Source: an uncultured Acidimicrobiaceae bacterium
GTDB taxonomy: Bacteria; Actinomycetota; Acidimicrobiia; Acidimicrobiales; RAAP-2
NCBI GenBank assembly: GCA_963707835.1
Contig: CAVPRI010000002.1
Span: forward strand, 132,725 to 196,724
DNA: 64,000 nt
Reading direction: 5' to 3'
The notes below the pieces were generated by a model. It searched no databases. It was not told where the DNA came from and saw only the letters and a program-made list of their open reading frames with translations. Within the stretch, counting starts at the first letter, position 1. The number at the start of each line of letters is the position of its first letter. Below, one piece after another: positions 46,712 to 54,887 of this stretch. The translations under genes were made by a program, and so were the position numbers.

Positions 46712-47511
46712 ATATGACGAACATAGTGATCGGTGCCGGTTCGGGTCTCGGCGCTGAAGTTGCGCGTCAACTGGCCCCCCGGGGACGACTCATTGTGGCC
46801 GACCGCTCGATCGAAGGCGTGGAGGACCTAGCCGGTGAGATTGGTGGAAATGTCGAACCCATGAGCTGTGATGTGACCGACGCAAGCCAGATCGACCTCG
46901 TGATGGAGTCAGCGGGCCATGTCGACGCGCTTGTTGTCACTGCTGGACTTTCAGGAGCGCAGGCCGATGCCCGGACCATCTTCGAGGTCAACCTACGCGG
47001 GACGGCCAAGGTTCTCGCCGCTGCCGAACCACGGCTACGGACTGGCTCGGTCGGCGTGTGCTTCGCATCTGCCTCGGGGTACCGAACGCCTGAGTCGCCA
47101 GAATTGATGCTGATCCTCGAGGACCCGCTCTCTTCAGACTTCTTCGAGAGGCTCTTTGCCGTTCGAGCCGAGCTCAGCGATTCCCACCTTGCCTACTCGG
47201 CGTCTAAACGAGGCGTGATGAGGCTGGTGCAGCGGAATGCGCTTGCATGGGGCAAGAAGGGTGCGCGCCTGCTGTCCCTTTCCCCCTCGCTCGTTGCGAC
47301 ACCGATGAGTTTGAATGAAGAGCGGCGGAACCCGATCATGAAGGAAATGGTGGCGAACGGACCAATCGGGCGCCGCGGGAAGTCCGAAGAGGTGGCAAAT
47401 GTGGTGTCGTTCATCACCTCCGAGAAGGCTTCGTACATGACCGGCTGTGACGTGGTCGTCGATGGCGGACTTCACACACTTCAACCCGAAGCTCGAACCG
47501 CTCCCGGGTGA
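46708..47511 (+). CDS. Short-chain dehydrogenase/reductase
   Basis: MNMTNIVIGAGSGLGAEVARQLA..YSASKRGV..GCDVVVDGGL. The ATG overlaps the TetR stop (ATGA). Confidence 0.85.
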   Translation: MNMTNIVIGAGSGLGAEVARQLAPRGRLIVADRSIEGVEDLAGEIGGNVEPMSCDVTDASQIDLVMESAGHVDALVVTAGLSGAQADARTIFEVNLRGTAKVLAAAEPRLRTGSVGVCFASASGYRTPESPELMLILEDPLSSDFFERLFAVRAELSDSHLAYSASKRGVMRLVQRNALAWGKKGARLLSLSPSLVATPMSLNEERRNPIMKEMVANGPIGRRGKSEEVANVVSFITSEKASYMTGCDVVVDGGLHTLQPEARTAPG

Positions 47512-47551
47512 TGTCAGTTCGGGTGATACGGGTGATGTCAGTTCGGGTGAT
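47506..47551. repeat. Tandem direct repeat with period 24 bp, two copies of GGGTGATGTCAGTTCGGGTGAT
   Basis: Copies at 47506-47527 and 47530-47551 are identical over 22 nt. The repeat starts on the SDR stop codon, and GGGTGAT occurs four times. Confidence 0.9.
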
Positions 47552-47690
47552 GGAGTCATTCGGAGTTGGATAGGGGTGGGTTACCAAACCTCCGCTGAGC
47601 CCAAGCATGCCCCGGACCGTCCACTTCGAACTGGCTGTTTCTTCATGATCCTCGGCGGTGCCGCGACCATGGGGGTCGTGTCGAGAGCGT

Positions 47691-48851
47691 CTAGAAGTGC
47701 ACGAGGTCGGGGAAGGTGGACACCTCTTCGTCGGTAAATCCCTTCTCGAATCCGGGCAGTCCGTAGAGGCGCCCCACGTTGTCCGCCAGCAAGGCCTGGC
47801 GGGACTCGGCGGATACCTCGTCGGTGAGGCGAATGGCCTGCTGGCGGTTGTCGGGCCAGTTCGAGTCGTCGTAGGGGAAGTGACTGCCCCACATGAGGTG
47901 GACCTCACCGAGAATGTGCCGGTCGCGTACGGCCGAACGGTCCTGGTGGACGGTGAACCAGGCGAACTTCCTCATGTAGTCAGACGGCACCGCATCGTCG
48001 TCGGGAAGCAGGTACTGGGCGAGGTGCTTCTGGCGCACGTAGTTGATGTCGAAGAACTCCATCCAGTGCAGCGCCCAGCCGGCGTCGCCGTGAGCGAAGA
48101 CGATCTTCACGTTCGGGAAGCGGTCGAAGACGCCGGCGGAGACCATTGGCAACATGGCGTCGGCCATGGGGGGCTTGAGACCCGGGGCGATGCCACCCGG
48201 GGGGAGGCTGATCGAGTCGACCCCGACGCCGTAGTGCAAGCTCACCGGCACCTGGAGGTCGTTGACGACCTCCCAGAACGGATCTTCCTCGCCGCTGCCG
48301 CCCACCCGCGATCCCGAGGGGAAAGCATCGAGCATGGCACCCTTGAGGCCCAACTCGTTGGCCCGTTGGATCTCGGCCACCGCGTCCGAGACGGTTGTGG
48401 TCGGGATCTTGGCGATCCCGAAGAACCGATCGGGGGCGTGGGCGCAGAACTCGACCAGCCAGTCGTTGTAGGCCTTGGCCGCTGCGAGCTTCATCTCGTT
48501 GTCGTCGGACAGCTTGATGGCATCCCACAGGCCGGTGCTCGGGTAGAGGATCTCGGCATCGACGCTGTCGCTGTCCTGGGCCACCACGCGCTGGGGCGGG
48601 TCGTAGAGACCCGACAAGACGTCTTCCCAGACCAGGGGGCCCTCGGTCTTGCGCCAGCCGGTGCCGGTCGCGAACGTGAGGGCCAGAGGGACGGGCTCGA
48701 CGCCCTCCACCATCCAGGCGAGTCCTCCTTCGACCTCGCCCAACTTCGGCATCCGGTCCTTGAGGCCCGTGGCCACGCGGGACTCGAAGAGATCCGGCGG
48801 TTCCACCACGTGGGAATCCGCAGAGATCACGTTGTACTTGCTGTCAGGCAT
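47691..48851 (-). CDS. Metal-dependent amidohydrolase (PF04909-like), paralog 5
   Basis: From ATG 48851 (AGGAGACC RBS): MPDSKYNVISADSHVVEPPDLF.. and ..MWGSHFPYDDSNWPDNRQQAIRL. Confidence 0.85.
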   Translation of the reverse strand: MPDSKYNVISADSHVVEPPDLFESRVATGLKDRMPKLGEVEGGLAWMVEGVEPVPLALTFATGTGWRKTEGPLVWEDVLSGLYDPPQRVVAQDSDSVDAEILYPSTGLWDAIKLSDDNEMKLAAAKAYNDWLVEFCAHAPDRFFGIAKIPTTTVSDAVAEIQRANELGLKGAMLDAFPSGSRVGGSGEEDPFWEVVNDLQVPVSLHYGVGVDSISLPPGGIAPGLKPPMADAMLPMVSAGVFDRFPNVKIVFAHGDAGWALHWMEFFDINYVRQKHLAQYLLPDDDAVPSDYMRKFAWFTVHQDRSAVRDRHILGEVHLMWGSHFPYDDSNWPDNRQQAIRLTDEVSAESRQALLADNVGRLYGLPGFEKGFTDEEVSTFPDLVHF

Positions 48852-48889
48852 TGGTCTCCTGCCGCGTCGTTGTCGGTCGATCGGCCGCG

Positions 48890-50104
48890 TCAGGCGGCAA
48901 CGCTGATGGTCTTGGGGTCGTCGTAGGGGATATTGAACACGTCCGCGCAGTTCTTCCACATGATCCGCTCGATTTCGCTCGCGGTGGCCCCGGCTCGCTG
49001 GAGGATCTCGAGGCCGAGCTCGAAGTCGACGGGCCAGGCGCTCGAGGAGTGGGGGAAGTCGGGGCCCCACATGATCTTGTCGACCCCGATGTTGTACCGG
49101 TTGATCGCGCCGAGCTCGTCTTCGATGTAGACGAGCCACACGTTGCGGGCGAAGTACTCCGAGGGCAGCATCGGGAGGTTCCAGTCTTCCCGGTTGCGCT
49201 TCACGGACTCGTCGAAACGTTCCATGTAGTACGGCATCCACCCGCACTGGACCTCGGACCCGACCAGTTTGAGGCCGGGGTGTCGCTCGAACACGCCGGA
49301 CTGGATCATGTTCCACAGGATCATCGGGAATGTGCCGGCATTGAGGTCGATACCTCTGGCCTGTGCCCTGACCTTGCTCTCGGCCACACCCTCGGCCGTG
49401 ATCTTGGAGCCCAGGTCGCCGTAGGGAAAGAAGAACATGGTGTGGATGTTCACCGGGATGTCCATCTCGACCGCCCGGGCCCAGAACGGATCGTCCACGG
49501 CGGTCGGGTCATGGAAATCCCCGCTCGGGTAGGCCTCGAGCTGGACCGTGCGCAGCCCCATCTCGTAGCAGCGCTCGAGCTCTTCGAGACAGTCGTCGAT
49601 GCCGGTGGTCGGCAGGGTGGCGTTACACCGGAAGCGCTCCGGAGCCGCTTCCTGGAACTCCACCATCCAGTCGTTGTAGACCTTGAAGCACGCCAGCGCG
49701 AGGTCTTTGTCGGGCATCAGCTTGATGCCGTTCCACACCGTCCCTACGCCGTTGAAGATCACCTCGGCGTCGATCTTGTCCTCGATGATCTCCTTGACTC
49801 GCTCGTGAGGGTCGTACGAGCCGGGGAACAGGTCCTCGTAGCGCACACCGCGGTTCTTCATCTGCTTGAACTGCTCGATCAGTGATGCTCGGTCGAACCG
49901 CTTGCCCTGGGACTTGAAGTACATCGACGAGAAGCCCATCACCGAGGGGCGCTTCTGACCCTCCATGATCCAGGCGTGGCCCTTCGTCTTGGCGGTCTCA
50001 ATGACGTGTGGGCCACGGTCCCGGTACTTCTCCGGGAGGTTCTTCACCCAAAGCTCGGGCGGCTCGTTGATGTGACCGTCAGCTGATATCGCCTTGTACT
50101 GCAT
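48890..50104 (-). CDS. Metal-dependent amidohydrolase (PF04909-like), paralog 6
   Basis: MQYKAISADGHINEPPELWVKNLPEKY.. and ..MWGPDFPHSSSAWPVDFELGLEIL. Intact 404 aa. Confidence 0.9.
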   Translation of the reverse strand: MQYKAISADGHINEPPELWVKNLPEKYRDRGPHVIETAKTKGHAWIMEGQKRPSVMGFSSMYFKSQGKRFDRASLIEQFKQMKNRGVRYEDLFPGSYDPHERVKEIIEDKIDAEVIFNGVGTVWNGIKLMPDKDLALACFKVYNDWMVEFQEAAPERFRCNATLPTTGIDDCLEELERCYEMGLRTVQLEAYPSGDFHDPTAVDDPFWARAVEMDIPVNIHTMFFFPYGDLGSKITAEGVAESKVRAQARGIDLNAGTFPMILWNMIQSGVFERHPGLKLVGSEVQCGWMPYYMERFDESVKRNREDWNLPMLPSEYFARNVWLVYIEDELGAINRYNIGVDKIMWGPDFPHSSSAWPVDFELGLEILQRAGATASEIERIMWKNCADVFNIPYDDPKTISVAA

Positions 50105-50139
50105 TCGACTTCCCTCCTGATGGGTGAAACCCTCAAGCC

Positions 50140-50172
50140 GACGCCGAGTGTGACGTCACGACACTCGGCGTC
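50140..50172. repeat. Perfect 12-bp inverted repeat GACGCCGAGTGT-N9-ACACTCGGCGTC enclosing the 10-bp palindrome GTGACGTCAC
   Basis: Read directly. It lies 36 nt upstream of the amidohydrolase start at 50104 and about 195 nt downstream of the preceding minus-strand gene. Confidence 0.9.
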
Positions 50173-50366
50173 GGGGGCACGCACGATCTGTTTGTACTTC
50201 GTCCGAGCGTAGAACAGCTGAGCGCTCGGACCCCTCCGCTTCCCGGCCAGCCTACACGTGACAGTGCACTGACACAAAGCGGTCTCGATTTCGTTGCGGC
50301 CCCCGTCCCGAGGACCCCCCGCCGCGGAATCGGGCTTTGTCAGAGGGAGAGGGCGCTTTCAGGGGA

Positions 50367-51086
50367 TCAGAAGGAGATGCCGCCCGTGCTCGGCACGGTG
50401 GTTGTGGTCGGGGTTGTGGTCGGGGGTGAGGGAGCCGGAGGTGACGTGGCCGGGGTGGTCGTGGGCGCCGGAGGCGGGGAGCTGGTCGCGGTCGTGAGCG
50501 GACGAGGCACTCCCGTGGGAGATGACGTTGCCGTCGGATCCGGGGTGGAAGGAGCGGTCGTGGTCGGAACAGGCGCATCGGACCCTGACCCAAAAGATCC
50601 CGGTGACGCCGCCGGCACCACCACCATGGACCAAGTGCCCCAGAGGTCGGTCACGTCACCGTGCAGCTCGAGGGCACCCCTGTCTCCGGAGTGGCGGTAG
50701 AGCGGCTTGCCGGCGTAGGTCACCTGGAGGCCGCCACCCCTCCTCCTCACGGTGCCGAGTTTCGCTGCGTCCACTCCGGTACCCGCGTCGGCGTGCTTCG
50801 CGTGCTTGGGCAACAGGACCGTGTTCCAGATCTTCGAGCACCGGGAGGAGCACGGCACCTTGCTGGCTCTCAAGGTGTATATCGGTGTGCCACTGACGAG
50901 GATCGTGCCCAGAGACGGATCGTCGGTGGTCGAGATGACGACACTGCTCGCCCGGTGGCTCGACGCCCCACTTGCCGGACCGGCAGCGATCGATGCGGAG
51001 AGACTCCCGAGGAGGAGCCCGGCGACTGAGGCTCGCCGTGGGAGTCGGCGACGACGCGCACTGCCGAGTCGTGTCTCCGGTTTCAT
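50367..51086 (-). CDS. Secreted protein of the COG4315/Lipoprotein_15-like family with a Pro/Thr-rich C-terminal tail
   Basis: RRRRL-containing signal region. ..GTILVSGTPIYTLRASKVPCSSRCSKIWNTVLLP..LQVTYAGKPLYRHSGD.., followed by about 70 aa of P/T/S/A. Confidence 0.65.
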   Translation of the reverse strand: MKPETRLGSARRRRLPRRASVAGLLLGSLSASIAAGPASGASSHRASSVVISTTDDPSLGTILVSGTPIYTLRASKVPCSSRCSKIWNTVLLPKHAKHADAGTGVDAAKLGTVRRRGGGLQVTYAGKPLYRHSGDRGALELHGDVTDLWGTWSMVVVPAASPGSFGSGSDAPVPTTTAPSTPDPTATSSPTGVPRPLTTATSSPPPAPTTTPATSPPAPSPPTTTPTTTTVPSTGGISF

Positions 51087-51311
51087 ATGGACCGTCCCTC
51101 CTGTCGTTGACGGTGGTCACTACGTATGAGGTTCTCGAAGGGATCACGGGCGAGGCGAGGAAGCGGAACCGGCTGACTCGCTCGAGAAGGTTCGAGGCGT
51201 CCATGGAGGCCCCCCGGCGTGAGTCCGCACGGCAGTGCGCTCTGTGACCTGACATCCTGGTGGTGACGAAGAAGCACGCGACGGAGACAGGCAGATGGGG
51301 AGGATCGGGCA

Positions 51312-51806
51312 ATGGCGTCAGACGCAGGTGTGGAACTGGAACAACTTCGTAGGGACATCCAAGATCTCAAGGACATCGAAGCCATAAAGCAGCTGCGGGC
51401 CCGCTACTTCGAATGTGTCGATGCCCAGGACTGGGATGGTTGGGCGAACGACGTGCTCATGGAGGATTTCCACTTCGACAGTGAGGCGGGTGTGCAGGAT
51501 GGGCGCGACGCGGTGATCGCGGTGATCTCCAAGTCGCTGACCGGTGGCCGGACGGTGCACCATGGTCACCAGCCACGGATCACGATCACCGGGGACGACA
51601 CGGCGTCTGGTGTGTGGCGAATGAATGACTATGTGACGATTCCCATGGCTGATGGATCGGAATTCGTCATGCGTGGCTATGGGTACTACTACGACGAATA
51701 TGTGCGGACCTCGCGGGGCTGGCGCCTGGCGTCCTCGCGAATGGAGCGACTGCGCGTCGACGTGGAAGGCGAATTCACGATGCCAGCAAGCGTCGAGGGG
51801 GAGTGA
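51312..51806 (+). CDS. SnoaL-like / NTF2-fold protein
   Basis: ..LKDIEAIKQLRARYFECVDAQDWDGWANDVLMEDFHFD..GYGYYYDEYVRTSRGWRLASSRMERL. Confidence 0.75.
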   Translation: MASDAGVELEQLRRDIQDLKDIEAIKQLRARYFECVDAQDWDGWANDVLMEDFHFDSEAGVQDGRDAVIAVISKSLTGGRTVHHGHQPRITITGDDTASGVWRMNDYVTIPMADGSEFVMRGYGYYYDEYVRTSRGWRLASSRMERLRVDVEGEFTMPASVEGE

Positions 51807-52822
51807 GGGCGATGAGCGTCGGTCCTGAGCGTCCGTGCGTGGTGTTCCTCCGCCCCCTGTTTCATCCGATCGCCGAAGAGATCTTGGTGGCGGCCGGGGC
51901 AGACGTCGTGAACGCCTGGCAACTGTCCTCCCACGAGCGGGCCGCGCAGATCGAGCGGGCCGATGCACTCATCGGTCAGATGAACGACGATGAGTTGGCG
52001 CGCGCTGGCCGGGTGCGGGTGATCGCCACCGGGTCTTCCGGCTACGACTCGATACCTCTGGAGGCGGCGACTGCACGGGGCATCGCGGTCACCAACGCCG
52101 CCGGGCTTCACCACACCGCACTGGCCGAGCACGGCATCGGGATCATGCTGGCCGTTTCCAGACGGATCGCCTTCTGTGATCGGATCGCCCATTCGGAGTC
52201 ACGTTTCGTGGAGAGGACCGAACTGATGGGGGAGGGGTGGCCCGGTTGGCCGACGCAGTTGCACGGTAAGACCCTCGGTCTTGTGGGCTTTGGGTTCATC
52301 GGTCGCGAATTGGCCGCGAAGTGCCAGGCTGCCTTCTCGATGGAGATCCTTGCCTTCGACCCCTACGTGACTGATACGTCGTGGTCGAATTCTGGCGTGA
52401 CCATGGTGGAGTCGCTCGACGATCTGCTTCCGGAGTCTGACTATGTCAGCTTGCAATTGCCCCTCACGGATGGGACAAGGGGTCTGATCGGAACCGATGC
52501 CCTTCACTCCATGAAGAGCGGCGCGGTGCTCGTGAACCTGTCTCGGGGTCCAACGGTCGATACCGATGCCCTGATGGTGTCACTGCGCTCCGGGCACCTC
52601 AGCGGGGCGGCCTTGGACGTCACCGATCCGGAACCGCTTCCAGCGGGACATCCGCTCTACGGATTCGACAATGTCGTCTTGACGCCTCACATCGGTGGAT
52701 GGACCGTGGAGTCGATCGAGAATGTGGCAGCCACGACGGCGCGTGACGTGTTGGCCCTCCTCGCGGGTGAGCACACGCCACGACTGGTCAATCCCGAGGT
52801 GTTGCCGCATAGGGTCAACTGA
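51803..52822 (+). CDS. D-isomer-specific 2-hydroxyacid dehydrogenase family protein
   Basis: ..LHGKTLGLVGFGFIGRELA..LVNLSRGPTVD..LTPHIGG.. GTG 51803 overlaps the upstream stop. ATG 51812 is an alternative start. Confidence 0.85.
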   Translation: MRAMSVGPERPCVVFLRPLFHPIAEEILVAAGADVVNAWQLSSHERAAQIERADALIGQMNDDELARAGRVRVIATGSSGYDSIPLEAATARGIAVTNAAGLHHTALAEHGIGIMLAVSRRIAFCDRIAHSESRFVERTELMGEGWPGWPTQLHGKTLGLVGFGFIGRELAAKCQAAFSMEILAFDPYVTDTSWSNSGVTMVESLDDLLPESDYVSLQLPLTDGTRGLIGTDALHSMKSGAVLVNLSRGPTVDTDALMVSLRSGHLSGAALDVTDPEPLPAGHPLYGFDNVVLTPHIGGWTVESIENVAATTARDVLALLAGEHTPRLVNPEVLPHRVN

Positions 52823-52877
52823 GCACCTGCCTTAACGGATATGTCTTCGTCGGCTCCCGTTGGCCGGGGCGGAATGT

Positions 52878-53747
52878 TCAGAGCCTCACCGGCCTCGACG
52901 GATCGAGGTCGGTGGGAGCGGAACGTGACAAGAGCGTGACCCCGATCGCCATCACGCAGAAGGCCACAGCTGCGACGGACTTCTGGGCCACGCTGACGGT
53001 GAACCGTTCATCGAAGATCAGAGCGCTCAACACGATGGCGACCGCGGGATCGACCACGACGATGAGAGGTTGGGACACGCTCAACGGGCCGACCTGCAGC
53101 GCCGCCTGTTGGAGCACGGACCCGAGGATGCCCGCCGCGACCAGAGCGTAGAGGGGCCAGTGCGCCAGCACGCCGATCAGCCCCGATTCCGCCAGCACGC
53201 TCGTGGTCGCTTTGATGAAGGCCGCCATGATGGCCCAGGTAATCGAGGCTGCGGTGGCATAGAGGGCGGCTCGGCGCACGGGAGACCCACGGCGCGCCAT
53301 GACGGCCAACCAGGCGACCGCTCCGCCGAAGAGAGCGAGCGCCACCGCCCAGTCGGTGGCGTCGGGCTGGAGATGGCCGCCATGGGGTTCAGCCGCAGTA
53401 AGGAAGACCGCCAAGGCGGCACAGGTCACAAATGCGGCGGTCCAAGCCATGTTGGTCACGTGCTGGCGAATCCATAACCGGCGCAGAACGAGCGCGAAGA
53501 CCAATTCGGTGACGAGGAGGGGTTGAACGACCGACAGCTGTCCGTTGTGCAGTGCGATTGCCTGAAAGGCGAATCCGCCTGCCGCGGCTACCCAGCCGAG
53601 GAGCCACAAGGGCTGATGGACGAGGAAGCTGAAGAGCTTCCAGCCTCGATGCATCTGGGACGCCGTCGCACTGGCCGCGTGTTGGGTCATGAGGTGCACG
53701 GCGTTCGCCAGCGCGGCGGCCAGCGCGAAGACCAGCGTGACGGTCAT
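52878..53747 (-). CDS. DMT-superfamily-like integral membrane transporter
   Basis: 289 aa with about 9-10 hydrophobic helices and a two-halves architecture. The family assignment is tentative. Confidence 0.6.
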   Translation of the reverse strand: MTVTLVFALAAALANAVHLMTQHAASATASQMHRGWKLFSFLVHQPLWLLGWVAAAGGFAFQAIALHNGQLSVVQPLLVTELVFALVLRRLWIRQHVTNMAWTAAFVTCAALAVFLTAAEPHGGHLQPDATDWAVALALFGGAVAWLAVMARRGSPVRRAALYATAASITWAIMAAFIKATTSVLAESGLIGVLAHWPLYALVAAGILGSVLQQAALQVGPLSVSQPLIVVVDPAVAIVLSALIFDERFTVSVAQKSVAAVAFCVMAIGVTLLSRSAPTDLDPSRPVRL

Positions 53748-53915
53748 GTCATGGATTCCGGCCGAGTTCGAAACCCGCAGGCGACGATCATTCCCAGAGG
53801 AAGTGCCGCTCGCACACTCCGGAAGTGTAGGTCTGCCCTTGCCTCCCGAAAAACGTCGGACTTATAGTCCATTCGACGCATGGTGCGTTGAGATTCCGTC
53901 AAAAGGGGGCGAGGA

Positions 53916-54821
53916 ATGAACGAGCTGAGGTTCGACGGCAAATCCATCATCGTCACCGGCGCCGGACGTGGTTTTGGTCGTTGTCATGCGCTGCAACTGG
54001 CGGCCAGAGGAGCTCGGGTCGTTGTCGTCGACTACGGAATGGAGCTCAACGGATTGGGTTCGTCGCCCGAACCGGTCCAGCAAGTGGCCAAGGAGATCGA
54101 GGCTGCAGGCGGTGAAGCCATTCCGGTGTTCGCTGATTTGTCGATCGAATCCGAGGCACAGCGTGCGGTCCAGACGGCCATTGACGCTTTCGGGAAGCTC
54201 GACGTTCTCGTCAACAACGCTGGGATATCCGACCCGGACTGGCTCGAAGATCAGAGTTCAGATCGCATCGAAAGGATGACGCGCCACCAGTACTTCTCGA
54301 CCGTCTGGACGACCAAGGCCGCGTGGCCTCACCTGAAGGCATCGGGCGGGAACGTGGTCAACACGGCGTCGGAAGCCATGATGGGGAACGTTCCCAAAGC
54401 GGCGAGCTACTGCGGAGCGAAGGGAGGCGTGTTCGCTTTCACCCGTGCGCTGGCACTCGACGGTGAGAGGCTCGGCATTCGAGTCAATCAGATCTGCCCA
54501 CGGGGCAACACTCGATTGTCGGCACCCGATGTTCTGGCCTACCACTTCGATCAACCAGTCGAATTCTTCAAGGGCGAGTGGTTCGAGGGCATGAAGCCCG
54601 AATACGTGTCGGCCGCGGTCATCTTCTTCGCTCACGAATCGTGCGAGCTGACGGGCGAGACCTTTGTCTGCGGGAACTCGCAGGTGATGCGGGTCGTCGT
54701 CATGGAGACCCAGGGCATCACCGGCACGGGCGGCGTCACCCCCGAAGAGATTGCGGAGAACCTCCCCAAGGTCATGGACCTCACGGATGCGGCCCTCATG
54801 ACATTCGAGATGCCTCGCTGA
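53916..54821 (+). CDS. Short-chain dehydrogenase/reductase (MFE-2/Hsd4A-like), paralog of 6944..7901
   Basis: MNELRFDGKSIIVTGAGRGFGRCHALQLAARGARVVVVDYG..LVNNAGI..YCGAKGGV. Confidence 0.85.
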   Translation: MNELRFDGKSIIVTGAGRGFGRCHALQLAARGARVVVVDYGMELNGLGSSPEPVQQVAKEIEAAGGEAIPVFADLSIESEAQRAVQTAIDAFGKLDVLVNNAGISDPDWLEDQSSDRIERMTRHQYFSTVWTTKAAWPHLKASGGNVVNTASEAMMGNVPKAASYCGAKGGVFAFTRALALDGERLGIRVNQICPRGNTRLSAPDVLAYHFDQPVEFFKGEWFEGMKPEYVSAAVIFFAHESCELTGETFVCGNSQVMRVVVMETQGITGTGGVTPEEIAENLPKVMDLTDAALMTFEMPR

Positions 54822-54887
54822 CCGGCGCTCAGACGGATGCCCGCGTCGCGGGTCGTCGGCGTCTGACCAGTTAGGGGTTTCGGTCAG

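Noticed and set aside
50148-50166. A CRP/GlxR-type site (TGTGA-N6-TCACA) inside the 33-nt inverted repeat.
   Set aside because: Only the first half-site (TGTGA) is present. The second half reads GACAC rather than TCACA at the required spacing.
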